Program-made: the position numbers and the translations under genes
From: Candidatus Latescibacterota bacterium
GTDB taxonomy: Bacteria; Latescibacterota; UBA2968
Length of the DNA: 64,000 bases
Direction: 5' to 3'
NCBI GenBank assembly: GCA_965198115.1
Contig: OZ240241.1
Location: 5,376,001-5,440,000, forward strand
Part shown: piece by piece, positions 10,507-21,608 of the stretch
Layout: every line of letters starts with the position of its first letter
Position numbering within the stretch: the stretch's first letter is position 1
The notes under the pieces: generated by a model
The model's input: the letters and a program-made list of their open reading frames with translations, nothing else
The model's database searches: none
What the model was told of the DNA's origin: nothing

Positions 10507-11138
10507 TTGAACCTCGAAAACATCAGATGCTTCGTCTTCGACTTCGGCTTCACCTTGAGTTCGCAACACTACTTCACGGTCAGCCCACTGGAGTGTCCTG
10601 AATGGATCGACCGCTTTCAGCAACACGTCTTCTCGGGTGACGCACCTGTTTTCGATCGCTGATGGAAGGCGTCATAGGGGCCGAAGACGTAGCCGAAATG
10701 ATGGGGCCAATCGTTGGAATGCGCGAACAAGATGTGCTGGACTACATGAAGAGAGGGTGTCTGAATCTCAGCACGAATCCGGCGGTCGCCAGACTGGTTG
10801 ACGCAGCAAGGCGAATCGGAAAGCACACGATCCTCGTTACCGGAAACATAGACCTCTTCGACTCCGTCATCGTACCCGATCTAAACCTGGCATCGAAATT
10901 CGACGTCATCGTCAATTCGTCGCGATCCCGATCCGTGTTCAAGAAAGACCTCTGGGACGAAGCCTTTCGTTCTCTGCCTGACCACGTGAGCTATCATGAC
11001 AGCTTTCTGATCGAAGACAGCCGGAAAAACGTGGAGTTGTTCCGTGAAGCCGGGGGTCAGGCTCACCGTTATCGCGACGATGAAACACTGATGGCCTACC
11101 TGGCCGACATCGGGTTTCCGCCGGCGCCCGAAACGTAG
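10507..11138 (+). pseudogene. HAD-superfamily hydrolase, frameshifted near 10660
   Basis: Motif I FVFDFGFTL in frame from TTG 10507; cgc tg atg (one G missing from W-M) shifts into the 10662 ORF with LVTGN and LIEDS..N motifs. Confidence 0.7.
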
Positions 11139-11166
11139 ACCCTCCGAAGAATGTGATATCGACACT

Positions 11167-12313
11167 ATGACCATCACCGAAAGAAGAGACTGCCTGATTT
11201 CCGACCTCATCGAACGTTTTATCGTTATGCTACGCGTATCGCGTTCGCTCAGGTCCAGGCGGGTCGGTTCCGCGGCATCGATTCGTGGACCAATACTACA
11301 GCGAATCCAGCAGCAGATCCCGGCTCATCAGAGTCGACCCTCGACGTCCGACGCCGGCACAACTGAAGAAGATCTACAGCGACGTTGCTCTCATCAGTCA
11401 CCGCAACCCTCCAAGCTCGACTTCCCAATCCAGTCTCGTCGCCGATATGCTCGAGAAACTCGGTCTCAGACAGGGCATGAATGTTCTGGAGATCGGCGCA
11501 GGCACCGGATGGAACGCAGCCCTGATGGGCCAAATCGTCGGTCCGAAGGGCCGCGTTTGCAGCGTGGACATCCAGGCCGACGTGGCGAGACGCGCCCGCA
11601 GGCATATTCGCCGACAGGCCAGTGCGAATGTCACGATCCTGACCGCGGACGGAGGAAAGGGATACGACGGTGGCGCTCCGTACGACCGCATCGTCACAAC
11701 CGTCAGCTGTCCAACGATTCCACCCGCCTGGACGTACCAGCTCAAGCAGGGAGGGTCGATGTTGATCACCCTCCAGGACATACCGGGCGAAACGTGGTGT
11801 CTTATGGTCAAACTGCAAAAGAGGACTAACCACTTGCGGGGTCGGATCGTCGGGCTACCCGGATTCATGACCTTGATGGGCGCTTACGCAGCCGAATCCA
11901 CCGACAGCGGTCGGTTCGATACGATCCGAAGAGGCCGACCCTCGCGTCACCCCGCGCCGTGGGAGAGCTGGGGACCGTGGCTTGCTAACTGGTTGAGGCG
12001 GGATCTGCTCTTTTTCGCCAGTCTGCAAGGGCTTATCGTCGAGCCCTTCGAAGACAGCCACGTCATTTCAGACCCGACAGCCGACGGCCTCTGCGTGGCG
12101 ACAGACGCCGACATTCGAGTCTATGGCGACGGCAGAGTGTATCTGAAGTTCGAACAATCCGTGCAGAAATGGCTGGACTTGGGCGCTCCCAGGCGAGACG
12201 ATTACAGTCTCGAAGTGTGGCCGTCCGAGGAGCGTAAGAAAGTACCTTCAGACGGATGGGTGCTGCACCGCAGACACGCTCAACTGATCTTCCGACTGAA
12301 AAAACAGCTCTGA
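11167..12313 (+). pseudogene. Protein-L-isoaspartate O-methyltransferase (PCMT/PIMT)-like, long form, frameshifted near 11268
   Basis: LRSRRV in one frame joins VPRHRFVDQ in another; SSTSQ and VLEIGAGTGWNAAL SAM motif; APYDRI. Confidence 0.75.
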
Positions 12314-12328
12314 CTACGGAGATATTCG

Positions 12329-13084
12329 ATGATCGACCTGGAAGGTAAAGTCGCACTCGTAACCGGTGCATCTCGCGGGATCGGTCGAGCTACGGCGATC
12401 GAGCTCGCGAAGGTAGGCGCCGATGTCACCGTCAATTTCCACAGCCACGGCGATGAAGCAGCCGAAGTCGTTGCCGAGATCGAAGACCTTGGCCGACGAG
12501 GGATCACATTCGGAGCAGATGTCTCCGATCGTGACGCAGTCGAAGCAATGGTCGAGGCCACGGTGGATGCCTTCGGCCGACTCGACATCCTCATATCGAA
12601 CGCCTACTACTCCAAGCGCGAGCCCTTCCTCGATCTGACTGAAGAGGCGATGCGCCGCACCCTGGATGTCACGTTATGGGGTGCTTTTCATTCCGCCCAG
12701 GTCTCCGCTCGACAGATGGCCGAACAGGGCGACGGCGGCAGTATCTGCTTCATCTCCTCAGTACTCGCCCACATCCCGATGCCTACATCCCTCCCCTACA
12801 ACACGGCCAAAGCCGGCATCAACCATATGTCGGCCACGATCGCAAAGGAACTCACCCCGCATCGTATTCGATCCAACGTCATCGAGCCGGGTTGGATCGA
12901 CACGCCCGGTGAACGCCAATACACCACCGATGCCGAAATGGTGGAAGGCGCCAAGAAGCTTCCCTGGAAACGGTTGGGCGAACCCGAAGAGATTGCTAAA
13001 ATGGCTACCTATCTATCTTCGGACACAGCGGATTACATCACGGGCTCGGTGTTCCGAGTGGATGGGGGTTTCAGTCTGCAATGA
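12329..13084 (+). CDS. Short-chain dehydrogenase/reductase (glucose 1-dehydrogenase-like)
   Basis: TGASRGIG, YNTAK, PGWIDT, YITG..VDGG; RBS GGAG. Confidence 0.9.
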   Translation: MIDLEGKVALVTGASRGIGRATAIELAKVGADVTVNFHSHGDEAAEVVAEIEDLGRRGITFGADVSDRDAVEAMVEATVDAFGRLDILISNAYYSKREPFLDLTEEAMRRTLDVTLWGAFHSAQVSARQMAEQGDGGSICFISSVLAHIPMPTSLPYNTAKAGINHMSATIAKELTPHRIRSNVIEPGWIDTPGERQYTTDAEMVEGAKKLPWKRLGEPEEIAKMATYLSSDTADYITGSVFRVDGGFSLQ

Positions 13085-13149
13085 GGATCGTCATAACCTG
13101 AACCGCACACACAACACGCCAGGAAGGGCTCTCTGTCTTTCCGGCCACG

Positions 13150-13283
13150 GCCCGTTCGTCCTTCGATACAACGATAAACGGCCTGTACAAGGGCAGCAAT
13201 TCTAGCTTCCCCAGACGTTTACTCAGGATGAACGGTGGGTGATCTGCCACTTTATCTTTCGTGTCTTCGTGTCTTCGTGTCTT
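13150..13283. repeat. REP remnant plus (TTCGTGTC)n octamer tandem repeat
   Basis: CCTTCGATAC...CTCAGGATGAACGGTGGGTGAT followed by ttcgtgtcttcgtgtcttcgtgtc; same arrangement at 14362-14531. Confidence 0.65.
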
Positions 13284-13312
13284 AGCGTTAGGGCCCCGCC
13301 CCGGAGCCAAGA

Positions 13313-14350
13313 ATGATCGATCTTGCGACATCGTGTGAGATGCCCGACCGACCGCGCCCCATTCTGGAGATCGGTGCGGGTGGGATCGTCCGGGACGCTC
13401 ATCTGCCAGCGTATCGGTTGGCCGGATTCGAGCATTTCGGCCTCTACGATCCCGACATTGTCAAAGCGAGGGCCCTCGCAGCGCAGTTCAACGTGCCTCG
13501 CGTCTTCGAATCGATGGGTGAGGCGCTATCGGCCGCACCTGACAACGTCGTCTTCGACGTCGCGGTTCCCGGTGGTGTTGTTCGTGACGTCGTCCCCCTG
13601 CTTCCAGACAATGCGGCCGTCCTTATCCAGAAGCCTCTCGGGCTCAACCTCGCCGACGCCCGCCACATCTGCCAACTCTGTTGCGACAAAGGGTTGACCG
13701 CTGCGGTCAACTTCCAGCTGCGCTACGCCCCTCCCATCATCGCCCTCCGCGATCTGGTCGACCGAGGCCTGCTCGGCAAGCTTCACGACATCCAGCTGCA
13801 GGTCAACCTCTGGACACCGTGGGAGCTCTGGGACTTCCTGAAGACAGAGGAACGTGTGATCCGGTCGTTCATTGGTGATCCAACAGGGGTTTATGCGCGG
13901 GTGTACCGCAGCCCTCGACAGCCTGATTTGGCCGATGTCAAATCGACGACGATTCTGGAATACGGCGACGCTCTGCGCGTCACCGTCAGCGCAAACCACT
14001 GTCACGAAGGCGGACTGACCAACCAGGAATCCTACTTACGCTTCGAAGGCGACAAAGGTATCGCCAAAGTGACCCTTGGCCTCTGCATGGACTACCCCCG
14101 GGGCCAGCCCGACGTCTTCGAGTATTGTCTGTTCGACCGGGATGACCGCGCATGGCAAACGGTTGACATCGACGGCACCTGGATGCCTCACGCCTTCATC
14201 GGCACGATGGCAAGTGTCATGCGCAAGGTCGAGGACCTCTCACGCCCCCTGCCAACCCACGTCGACGACGCCTTGCGGACAATGGCCGTCGTCGAAGCGG
14301 CGTATGCGTTGAGCGCCGGTGGGGCTACCCCAATCGACTACGGAAACTGA
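13313..14350 (+). pseudogene. Gfo/Idh/MocA oxidoreductase with probable in-frame deletion of the catalytic segment
   Basis: GAGGIV, IQKPLG, VNFQLR present; FLKTEERV runs directly into IRSF where homologs normally carry the H-x-x-H-x-x-D segment. Confidence 0.65.
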
Positions 14351-14361
14351 CATTGCTCAGG

Positions 14362-14531
14362 CACCGTTCGTCCCTTCGACTCCGCTCAGGGCGGGCTCTT
14401 CGATACAACGGGTCACAATCGATCGTATAGCTACATCCTGAACGGTTCTACGAGGCCGTTTACTCAGGATGAACGGTGGGTGATTCGCCAAGCTTATCCT
14501 TCGTGTCTTCGCGTCTTTGCGCCTTCGTGTC
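14362..14531. repeat. REP remnant with inserted CCCTTCGACTCCGCTCAGGGCGGGC unit plus degenerate octamer repeat
   Basis: Shares boxes with 13150-13283. Confidence 0.65.
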
Positions 14532-14555
14532 TAAAGTCCCCGATGGTGGTAAGAA

Positions 14556-16038
14556 ATGCCCGACGCACCTGAACATCCCAACCTGGTTTTCATCTTACCC
14601 GACCGCCAACGGCGCGACACGCTCGCCTGCTACGGCAACAACTGGATCCAGGTCCCGCATCTCAATGGGCTGGCCGAAGAGAGCTTCGTCTTCGACAACT
14701 GCTACGTAACCCAGGCCGTTTGCTGTCCCGCCCGGGCTTCCATCATGAGTGGTCTCTACCCCGTCGACGCGGGAATGCCCGTCAACCTCCGTATCATGCC
14801 CGATTCCGTCCAAACCATCGGCGAAATATTGTCGGACACTTACCACACCGGCTACATCGGCAAATGGCATCTGGGTGACGAGCTCATCGCGCAACACGGC
14901 TTCGAAGAGTGGATCCCGTGTTTCGAACATTGGTGGCGCCAGTACAGGGATCAATCGCAGAAAACCCTTTTCTCACCGTATCACCACTGGCTTATCGAGA
15001 ACGGATTCGAGCCCGACGCGCCGCATCCCGGTGGGAAGATGTTCTCCCCCGAATTCCGTGCCGATCTCCCTGACGGGTATCATATGACGACGTTTCTCGG
15101 CGATCGGGCCGCCGACTTCATCACCCGCAACGCGGAACGTCCGTTCGTCCTCTACGTCAGCTCGAAGGAACCGCACCCACCCTTCACGAGCTACCACAAC
15201 GACCTTTACGATCCCGCGACGCTCCCGGTTGACGACACATTCCTGACTTATCCCGAGGGACACTCGTTGTTCAACCGGATCCGTGCGGAGTTCTGGATGC
15301 AGGCCACGCACGGAGGTGACTTCGACCTGACCACGGAATCGGGCGCACGACAGATGCGATCGAACTACTTCGGCTGCGTGTCACTCGTCGACGAAATGGT
15401 GGGCCGTGTCCTCGGCGCCATCGACGATGCTGGCCTCCGCGACAACACGATCGTCGTCTTCACGAGCGACCACGGGGAGATGGTCGGTACGCACGGCCAC
15501 GTCGAGATGCGATCGCCCTATGAAGAATCCTCCCGTGTGCCGCTTCTCGTGCGGGCCCCGTGGTTGAGTCAGGACCAACAGCGCGTCGACGGCAACTTCC
15601 AGCCAGATCGACTTCGTGCCGACACTTCTCGACCTGCTAGGGGAATCCGTGCCGGATCACTTGCCGGGTTCCAGCCGCGCCGATGTTTTACGTGGCACCG
15701 GCACTCTGAGCGACAACGACATCTTCATCCAGCACAATGGCATCGGTGACCGCGACCTGACATCGGCCTCGACCTCTCACACGATGCCGCCCGAACGCGT
15801 CCAACAGCTGAACCTGCTGAAGACCGCACCGTGGCGAAGCGTCGTCACCTCCGATCGCTGGAAGCTGACCCTTTGCGCCGCTGATCAAGGCGAACTGTTC
15901 GACCTCGACACCGATCCCTCTGAAACGACCAACCTGTTCGACTTACCCGAGCATCGGGATCGCGTACGCTGGATGGCGGCGCGGCTGAGGCTCTGGCAAC
16001 AGGAAGCCGGTGACACCGCTCCCTTGCCGGGGGTTTGA
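14556..16038 (+). pseudogene. Formylglycine-dependent sulfatase, +1 frameshift near 15600
   Basis: CCPAR, GKWHL, SDHG motifs; GNF/SQIDFVPTLL junction has one extra C; C-terminal ELFDLDTDP.E. Confidence 0.85.
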
Positions 16039-16105
16039 CAAGGACTTAGGGTTTGCCACGAAATAAGTGCTGCACTTTTCAAGGTAATGATCTTACGCTC
16101 GGAGT

Positions 16106-17315
16106 GTGGACGTCGAAACTCTCCGAACGAAGTATGAAGCCTTGGCTCCGGTGCTGACGGAACGCACGCGTCGTCTGTGGGCCGCCACGGAAGCCGAAGC
16201 GTTGGGTCACGGTGGGATCGCGATTGTGGCTCTGGCGACAGGAATGTCCAGAGAGCGGATCTTTCGTGGCATTCAGGAGTTGAGGTCGGACGAACCTTTG
16301 GACCCGGCTCGCATCCGGCGTCCAGGCGGCGGTCGTAAGCGGAAGGCCGACACGGACCCGACGCTGTGGCAGGACCTGAATGATCTGGTCGAGCCAACGA
16401 CTGCGGGGTCGCCTGACGACAATCCTCTGAGATGGACATCGAAGAGCACTCGCAAACTGGCCGCCGAGTTGCAAGCGATGGGGCATTCGGTGAGCCCCAG
16501 GATCGTTGCCAATCTCCTGCACGAACACGATTACACGCTGCAGGCGAATCGGAAGACAAGGGAGGGATCTGCACACCCGGATCGGGACGCTCAGTTCGTT
16601 TACCTCGATGATCGGATTAGCCAGCAGCAGCAGCAGGGCCTTCCCGTTATCTCGGTGGACACCAAGAAGAAAGAGTTGATCGGCGACTTCAAGAATCCTG
16701 GCCGAGAATGGCGACCCAAGGGAGACCCGGAGCGTGTGAAGGTACACGATTTCATAGTGCCTGCTCAGGGCAAGGCGATCCCTTATGGAGTGTATGATCT
16801 GAGCCGTGATGAAGGCTGGGTAAGTGTCGGTATCGATCACGACACGGCCAGCTTCGCCGTGAATGCGATCCGAAGTTGGTGGAAGAACATGGGACGGCCC
16901 GCCTACGGCACTTCGACGCATCTGCTAATCACGGCGGACGCAGGCGGCAGCAACGGCGCCAAGACGCGGCTGTGGAAGTGGGAGCTGCAGCGCTTTGCGA
17001 ATCGCACTGGCCTGACGATCACCGTATGCCACTACCCTCCTGGCACTAGTAAGTGGAACAAGATCGAACATCGCCTGTTCTCCTTCATCGCTATGAACTG
17101 GGCGAGGCAAGCCCCTGGTCAGCCTGGCTGCAACCGTGAATCTCATTGCCGGAACGACCACTCAAGCCGGTCTCCGAGTACGCTCCGAGATCGACAAGCG
17201 ACCCTACCCTAACGGGGTCAAGGTGACCGATGAACAGATGACCCAAATCGATCTCACTCCGCACGATTTCCACGGCGACTGGAACTACACGATCCGGCCA
17301 ATGGCTCAACATTGA
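16106..17315 (+). pseudogene. ISAzo13 transposase, +1 frameshift near 17101
   Basis: Matches copy 1 except for an extra G in aactgggcgagg. Confidence 0.85.
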
Positions 17316-17333
17316 GATCGACCGTTTATTTAT

Positions 17334-18753
17334 GGCTATATTCGGATCTCTCAACGAGATGAAGTGGGTGAAGGTGCCGTGGTTCCTGGCATGGGGGCGC
17401 GGTTAGAGTGTGCGGAACCTCTTCGGAATCTGCTCAGGGATGTTTATGTCTCCGACGGTAAGGAAGATCATATCGTTGAATGCGTCGAGTGTGCGGAATC
17501 CGCTGGCTCGGTTCTTGACGATTTGGACGATTCGGTTGAGGCCTTCGGCGATGGCGTTGGTAAGACGCGTGTTCACGAATGCGAGGACGCCGAAGAAGTG
17601 CTGTCGCAGGGTCCTGACGAACTTTCGCAGGGGTTCAAGTCGACTTCTGAGTGCGGACGTCGTCCAGCATTTCAGGAAGCGTTCGGCAGCCCAGGGCGCT
17701 TTGTATTCCCAGAACTGCTCGAACTCGTCCTTGAGTCTCCAGGCTCTATAGATTCGGTAGTTCGCCTTCTCCAGTGCTTTGAGTGTCCGAGTATCCCCTC
17801 TGGAGCGTGTCGCTGAGTGCCGGTAGAGGAGCCATCGGAGGCCCTTCATGGCTTTGCGCTCATCCGGGGCAGCTTTACGCCACTGGTCCTTACGGACCTC
17901 GTCAACGGCGGCATTGAGAGCCTTGACGATGTGAAAGCGATCGAGGACCAGCTTGGCATTCGGACAGTGTTCCTGGATGGCTCCGATGTAAGCTTCGCTC
18001 ATGTCGCAGCAGGCCCACTCGATCTTGGATCTCCGGTAGGGACTGAGAGCCTCTGTGAAGAACCGATCGATCGTTTTACGCGCCCTGCCGCGGCCAACCC
18101 ACACCACGCAGGAGCGGTCCAGATCGTAAACGAGCGTGGCGTACCTGTGACGCTTGGCGTAGGAGATCTCGTCGATCCCGATGGTTTTGAGCCCTCGGAT
18201 ACGATGACCTTCACGAAGCCGCGTGATGGATCGGTGAAGGAGATCCGACAGCGTCGAGGCAGAGATGCGCAGCAACTCGGACGCCGCCTTCTGCGTCATG
18301 GTCTGGCAGTAGCGCAGCATGGCATACTCGAAGCGATACGTCACCCGAGAGAACCGCTCCGCCCACGGAATCTCCTCGACCACACGACCGTGGGTAGGAC
18401 ACCGAATCTCCCGAGGATGGTAGAGAAGCCAGACCCTCCACCCGCACACCGGAATGTCACGCCACCGACGCGGATGGGGCATTGTGCGGACGATTTTACC
18501 TCGACGGCCGCACTCCGGACAACAACAACCATTCTTATGGGGCTTTACGGCGATGACGAAACAGCTTCTCCCCTCAAACCACCAGCTGACAACACGGAAC
18601 CCCTTGAATCTCAGCAGTTTCGATAGTAATCTGCTCCCGGTCATAGGTCGCACCCCCTTCGCTTTGATTGTCCTACACACACAACCAAGCGTAGGGAACG
18701 ATCTATGACCTTGTCATTCTATAGTTTCACCGTTGAGAAACCCGGATAGAGCC
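17334..18753 (-). mobile_element. ISL3 element, copy B (1420 bp)
   Basis: IRs as copy A; DR TTATTTAT. Confidence 0.95.
17403..18680 (-). CDS. ISL3-family transposase
   Basis: Near-identical to copy A. Confidence 0.95.
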   Translation of the reverse strand: MCRTIKAKGVRPMTGSRLLSKLLRFKGFRVVSWWFEGRSCFVIAVKPHKNGCCCPECGRRGKIVRTMPHPRRWRDIPVCGWRVWLLYHPREIRCPTHGRVVEEIPWAERFSRVTYRFEYAMLRYCQTMTQKAASELLRISASTLSDLLHRSITRLREGHRIRGLKTIGIDEISYAKRHRYATLVYDLDRSCVVWVGRGRARKTIDRFFTEALSPYRRSKIEWACCDMSEAYIGAIQEHCPNAKLVLDRFHIVKALNAAVDEVRKDQWRKAAPDERKAMKGLRWLLYRHSATRSRGDTRTLKALEKANYRIYRAWRLKDEFEQFWEYKAPWAAERFLKCWTTSALRSRLEPLRKFVRTLRQHFFGVLAFVNTRLTNAIAEGLNRIVQIVKNRASGFRTLDAFNDMIFLTVGDINIPEQIPKRFRTL

Positions 18754-18772
18754 TTATTTATTCGCGAACCCT

Positions 18773-19942
18773 TAGTGTCACGTCCCAGGAATAACTAGAA
18801 AAATATTCGATTCTGTCGTATGGTTCCTCAAGCACTCATTCTTGGGAGGAACCGATGGCTAGAGGTCGTCCGTTACAGCCACTGAACATCAGTGATGAGG
18901 TCCACGATCAACTCGAGTCATTGTCTCGTTCGCGTAGCATGTCTCACGCTTTGGTGCGTCGCGCGAAGATCGTCTTGATGAGCGATTGCGGTCTGACCAA
19001 TCAGGAGATCGCGGAACGAGTCGGGTTGTCCGGAGCGTCTGTCGGCAAGTGGCGTCGTCGCTTCTGCGAGCAAGGCTTGATGGGACTGTATGACGAATTG
19101 CGTCCTGGAGGGCCACGGTCGGTCAGCGACGAAGAGATCTCCTCCCTCATCTACAAGACGCTCAAGAAGCAACCGAAGGGTGCCACCCACTGGACCTGTC
19201 GTTCGATGGCCGACGAGACGGGGCTCTCCAAGTCCTCGGTTCAACGTGTATGGAAAGCTTTTGGCCTGCAACCGCATCGACAGAAGCACTTCAAACTGTC
19301 GAACGATCCCTTCTTCGTCGAGAAAGTCAGGGATATCGTCGGTCTATACCTGAACCCACCGGACAACGCGATGGTGCTCTGTGTAGACGAGAAGAGCCAG
19401 ATTCAAGCACTCGAACGGACACAACCGATTCTTCCTTTGGGTCTCGGATACGTCGAGGGCGTCACTCACAGCTATATCCGGAACGGCACGACCACCCTCT
19501 TTGCAGCGCTCAACATCGCATCCGGCAAAGTTCTGACTCAGTGCAAGCCCAGACACCGCAACAAAGAGTTCCTTCAGTTCCTCAAGCACATCGACAAGAA
19601 CGTCCCAAAGGATCTCGACATCCATCTGGTCGTCGATAATTACGGCACGCACAAGCACCCGAACGTCAAGCGTTGGCTCGCCTCACGGAAACGATATCAC
19701 GTGCACTACACACCAACATATGCCTCCTGGCTGAACCAGGTAGAGATCTGGTTCGGTATCATCACCCAAAGAGCCATTCGACGAGGCACCTTCAGAAGCG
19801 TCAAGGACCTGATCGCCTGCATCAAGAAATTCACTGATCACTACAACGAGAATTCTACACCCTTCGTCTGGACCGCCACGGCAGATTCAATCCTCGAGAA
19901 AGTCCATAAACTTTTGAAGCTTATACGCGGGACGTGACATTA
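18773..19942 (+). mobile_element. IS630-family element
   Basis: IRs TAGTGTCACGTCCC / GGGACGTGACATTA with TA-type ends; exact tips uncertain by a few bp. Confidence 0.88.
18855..19937 (+). CDS. IS630-family transposase
   Basis: N-terminal HTH; CVDEKSQIQA, VDNYGTH, SWLNQVE DDE motifs. Confidence 0.93.
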   Translation: MARGRPLQPLNISDEVHDQLESLSRSRSMSHALVRRAKIVLMSDCGLTNQEIAERVGLSGASVGKWRRRFCEQGLMGLYDELRPGGPRSVSDEEISSLIYKTLKKQPKGATHWTCRSMADETGLSKSSVQRVWKAFGLQPHRQKHFKLSNDPFFVEKVRDIVGLYLNPPDNAMVLCVDEKSQIQALERTQPILPLGLGYVEGVTHSYIRNGTTTLFAALNIASGKVLTQCKPRHRNKEFLQFLKHIDKNVPKDLDIHLVVDNYGTHKHPNVKRWLASRKRYHVHYTPTYASWLNQVEIWFGIITQRAIRRGTFRSVKDLIACIKKFTDHYNENSTPFVWTATADSILEKVHKLLKLIRGT

Positions 19943-19957
19943 GTAGGGCATCAAGTT

Positions 19958-19981
19958 AATTTTCCGATCGATCGGAAAATT
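19958..19981. promoter_or_regulatory. Perfect 24-bp palindrome, possible operator or hairpin
   Basis: AATTTTCCGATC|GATCGGAAAATT, flanked by GGCATC...GATGCC. Confidence 0.4.
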
Positions 19982-20271
19982 GGATGCCAGCGCTGCAATT
20001 CGTCCCGAAATCAGCGTCGTTTGCCAATCTCTCCTTTCCTAATTCAATAAGTCTCCGTTAGTTGGGGCACGTTCGCGTGGGTTCCCAATCTGCGCCGATT
20101 GCTCAGCGCGGGATCGAAGTCGTACAATAGAGCGGCGCACTTTTCCCGTCCTCGCGAGTACCCGGGGCTGAAGCCCCGGGCTAGGAGGACGCAGCCCTTT
20201 CAGGGCTGAATCTCCAACCCCTCCGTATTCTCAGTGTTCTCCGTGGCTGTCTTTGACTTACAGGAGTGTCA

Positions 20272-21608
20272 TTGAAACCCAACATCATCCTGATCAACTG
20301 CGACGACCTCGGCTACGGTGACCTCGGATGCTACGGCTCCGAAGTCAACAAGACGCCCGCTCTCGACCGGATGGCCGCCTAGGGTACCCGGTTCACCGAT
20401 TTCTACATGGCCTCCCCCGTCTGCTCGCCCTCGCGAGGCGCGATGCTCACGGGTTGCTATCCCTCGCGTATCGGCTTTGGCGAGTTCGACGGTCGCTGGG
20501 TGCTGTTTCCGGGTCAGGGAATCGGACTCAACCCGAGCGAAACCACGATCGCCCGTCTCCTCAAGAACGTGGGATACGCGATGAAAATCGTCGGCAAGTG
20601 GCACTGCGGCGATCAACAGGATCATCTTCCGACACGACACGGCTTCGACAGCTACTACGGGATTCCCTACAGCAATGACATGGGAATTCAAGGCGGGAAC
20701 GATAGGGGCTTCCCACCACTGCCGCTCCTCCGAGACGAGACCGTCATCCAAGCCCAGCCCGACCAGCGCGGCATCACGGAACGCTACGTCGAAGAATCCG
20801 TCCGTTTTTGTGCGGAACAACGCGGGCAGCGGGACTCCGTTCTTCCTTCTATCTCGCTCACATGCACGTTCATCTTCCGCACTATCCGCCGGAACGCTTC
20901 CTCCGCGAATCGGAAAACGGTCCTTACGGCGGAGCGGTCGCTGCGATCGATTGGGCAACGGATGTTCTCCTGGACGAGTTGAAGTCACTCGGTCTGGATG
21001 AGGATACGCTCGTGATCTTCACGAGTGACAATGGATCTCGCATGCAGGGACAGGGCGGGAGCAACGGTGAGTTGAGAGGGATCAAAGGGACCACGTGGGA
21101 AGGCGGCGTGCGTGTTCCCATGATCGCGCGCTGGCTTGGGAAAGTACCCGCTGGTCGCGTGTGCAGCGAGTTGACGCTCTCGATGGATCTGTGCCCGACC
21201 CTGGCCGCTGTCGGCGGCAGCGAGATGCCCGAAGACCGGATCATAGACGGAAAGGACATCCAGCCGATCCTATATGGTGAGGACGGCGCGAAGTCCGAAC
21301 ACGACGCGTTCTTCTACTACAAGAAAAACGTTCTCGAAGCCGTTCGAAGCGGGAAGTGGAAGCTTCACATACGGAGGGAGGAACCCCGCAAAACGGGGAA
21401 CCTGACGGTCGACACGGGCAAGGAAAGAGCCATCGAAGAGCTGAGGGAGCTCTACGACCTGGAGTCGGACATCGGTGACAGCGCGGTCGGAATCGAAGGT
21501 GAGAACATCAGACCCGCCGGCCGGGTCGACAACCCCGACACGCTCACCCGCTACGATCCTGAACATCCGTATATGATCGCGATGTACGATCTCGAAGAAC
21601 GTGGATGA
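20272..21608 (+). pseudogene. Arylsulfatase-family pseudogene
   Basis: TTG after CAGGAG; [39 protein letters not shown]; in-frame TAG at 20380, frameshifts near 20805 and 20847, probable C-terminal deletion. Confidence 0.88.

Larger units (their letters stand above)
16049..18771 (+). mobile_element. ISAzo13-family element, copy 2, with ISL3 in its right IR
   Basis: Same ends as copy 1; DR TTA at 16046-16048 and 18772-18774. Confidence 0.88.

Noticed and set aside
13258-14531. Recurrent repeats as a CRISPR array
   Set aside because: No regular repeat-spacer periodicity and no cas genes; these are REPs and short tandem motifs
16621-16636. CAG run (poly-Gln) in ISAzo13 transposase as a phase-variable tract
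   Set aside because: In frame and identical in both copies
20380-20382. In-frame TAG in the sulfatase as recoding (pyrrolysine or alternative code)
   Set aside because: The same gene has further frameshifts, and TAG is a normal stop in carA, mtnA and aroA
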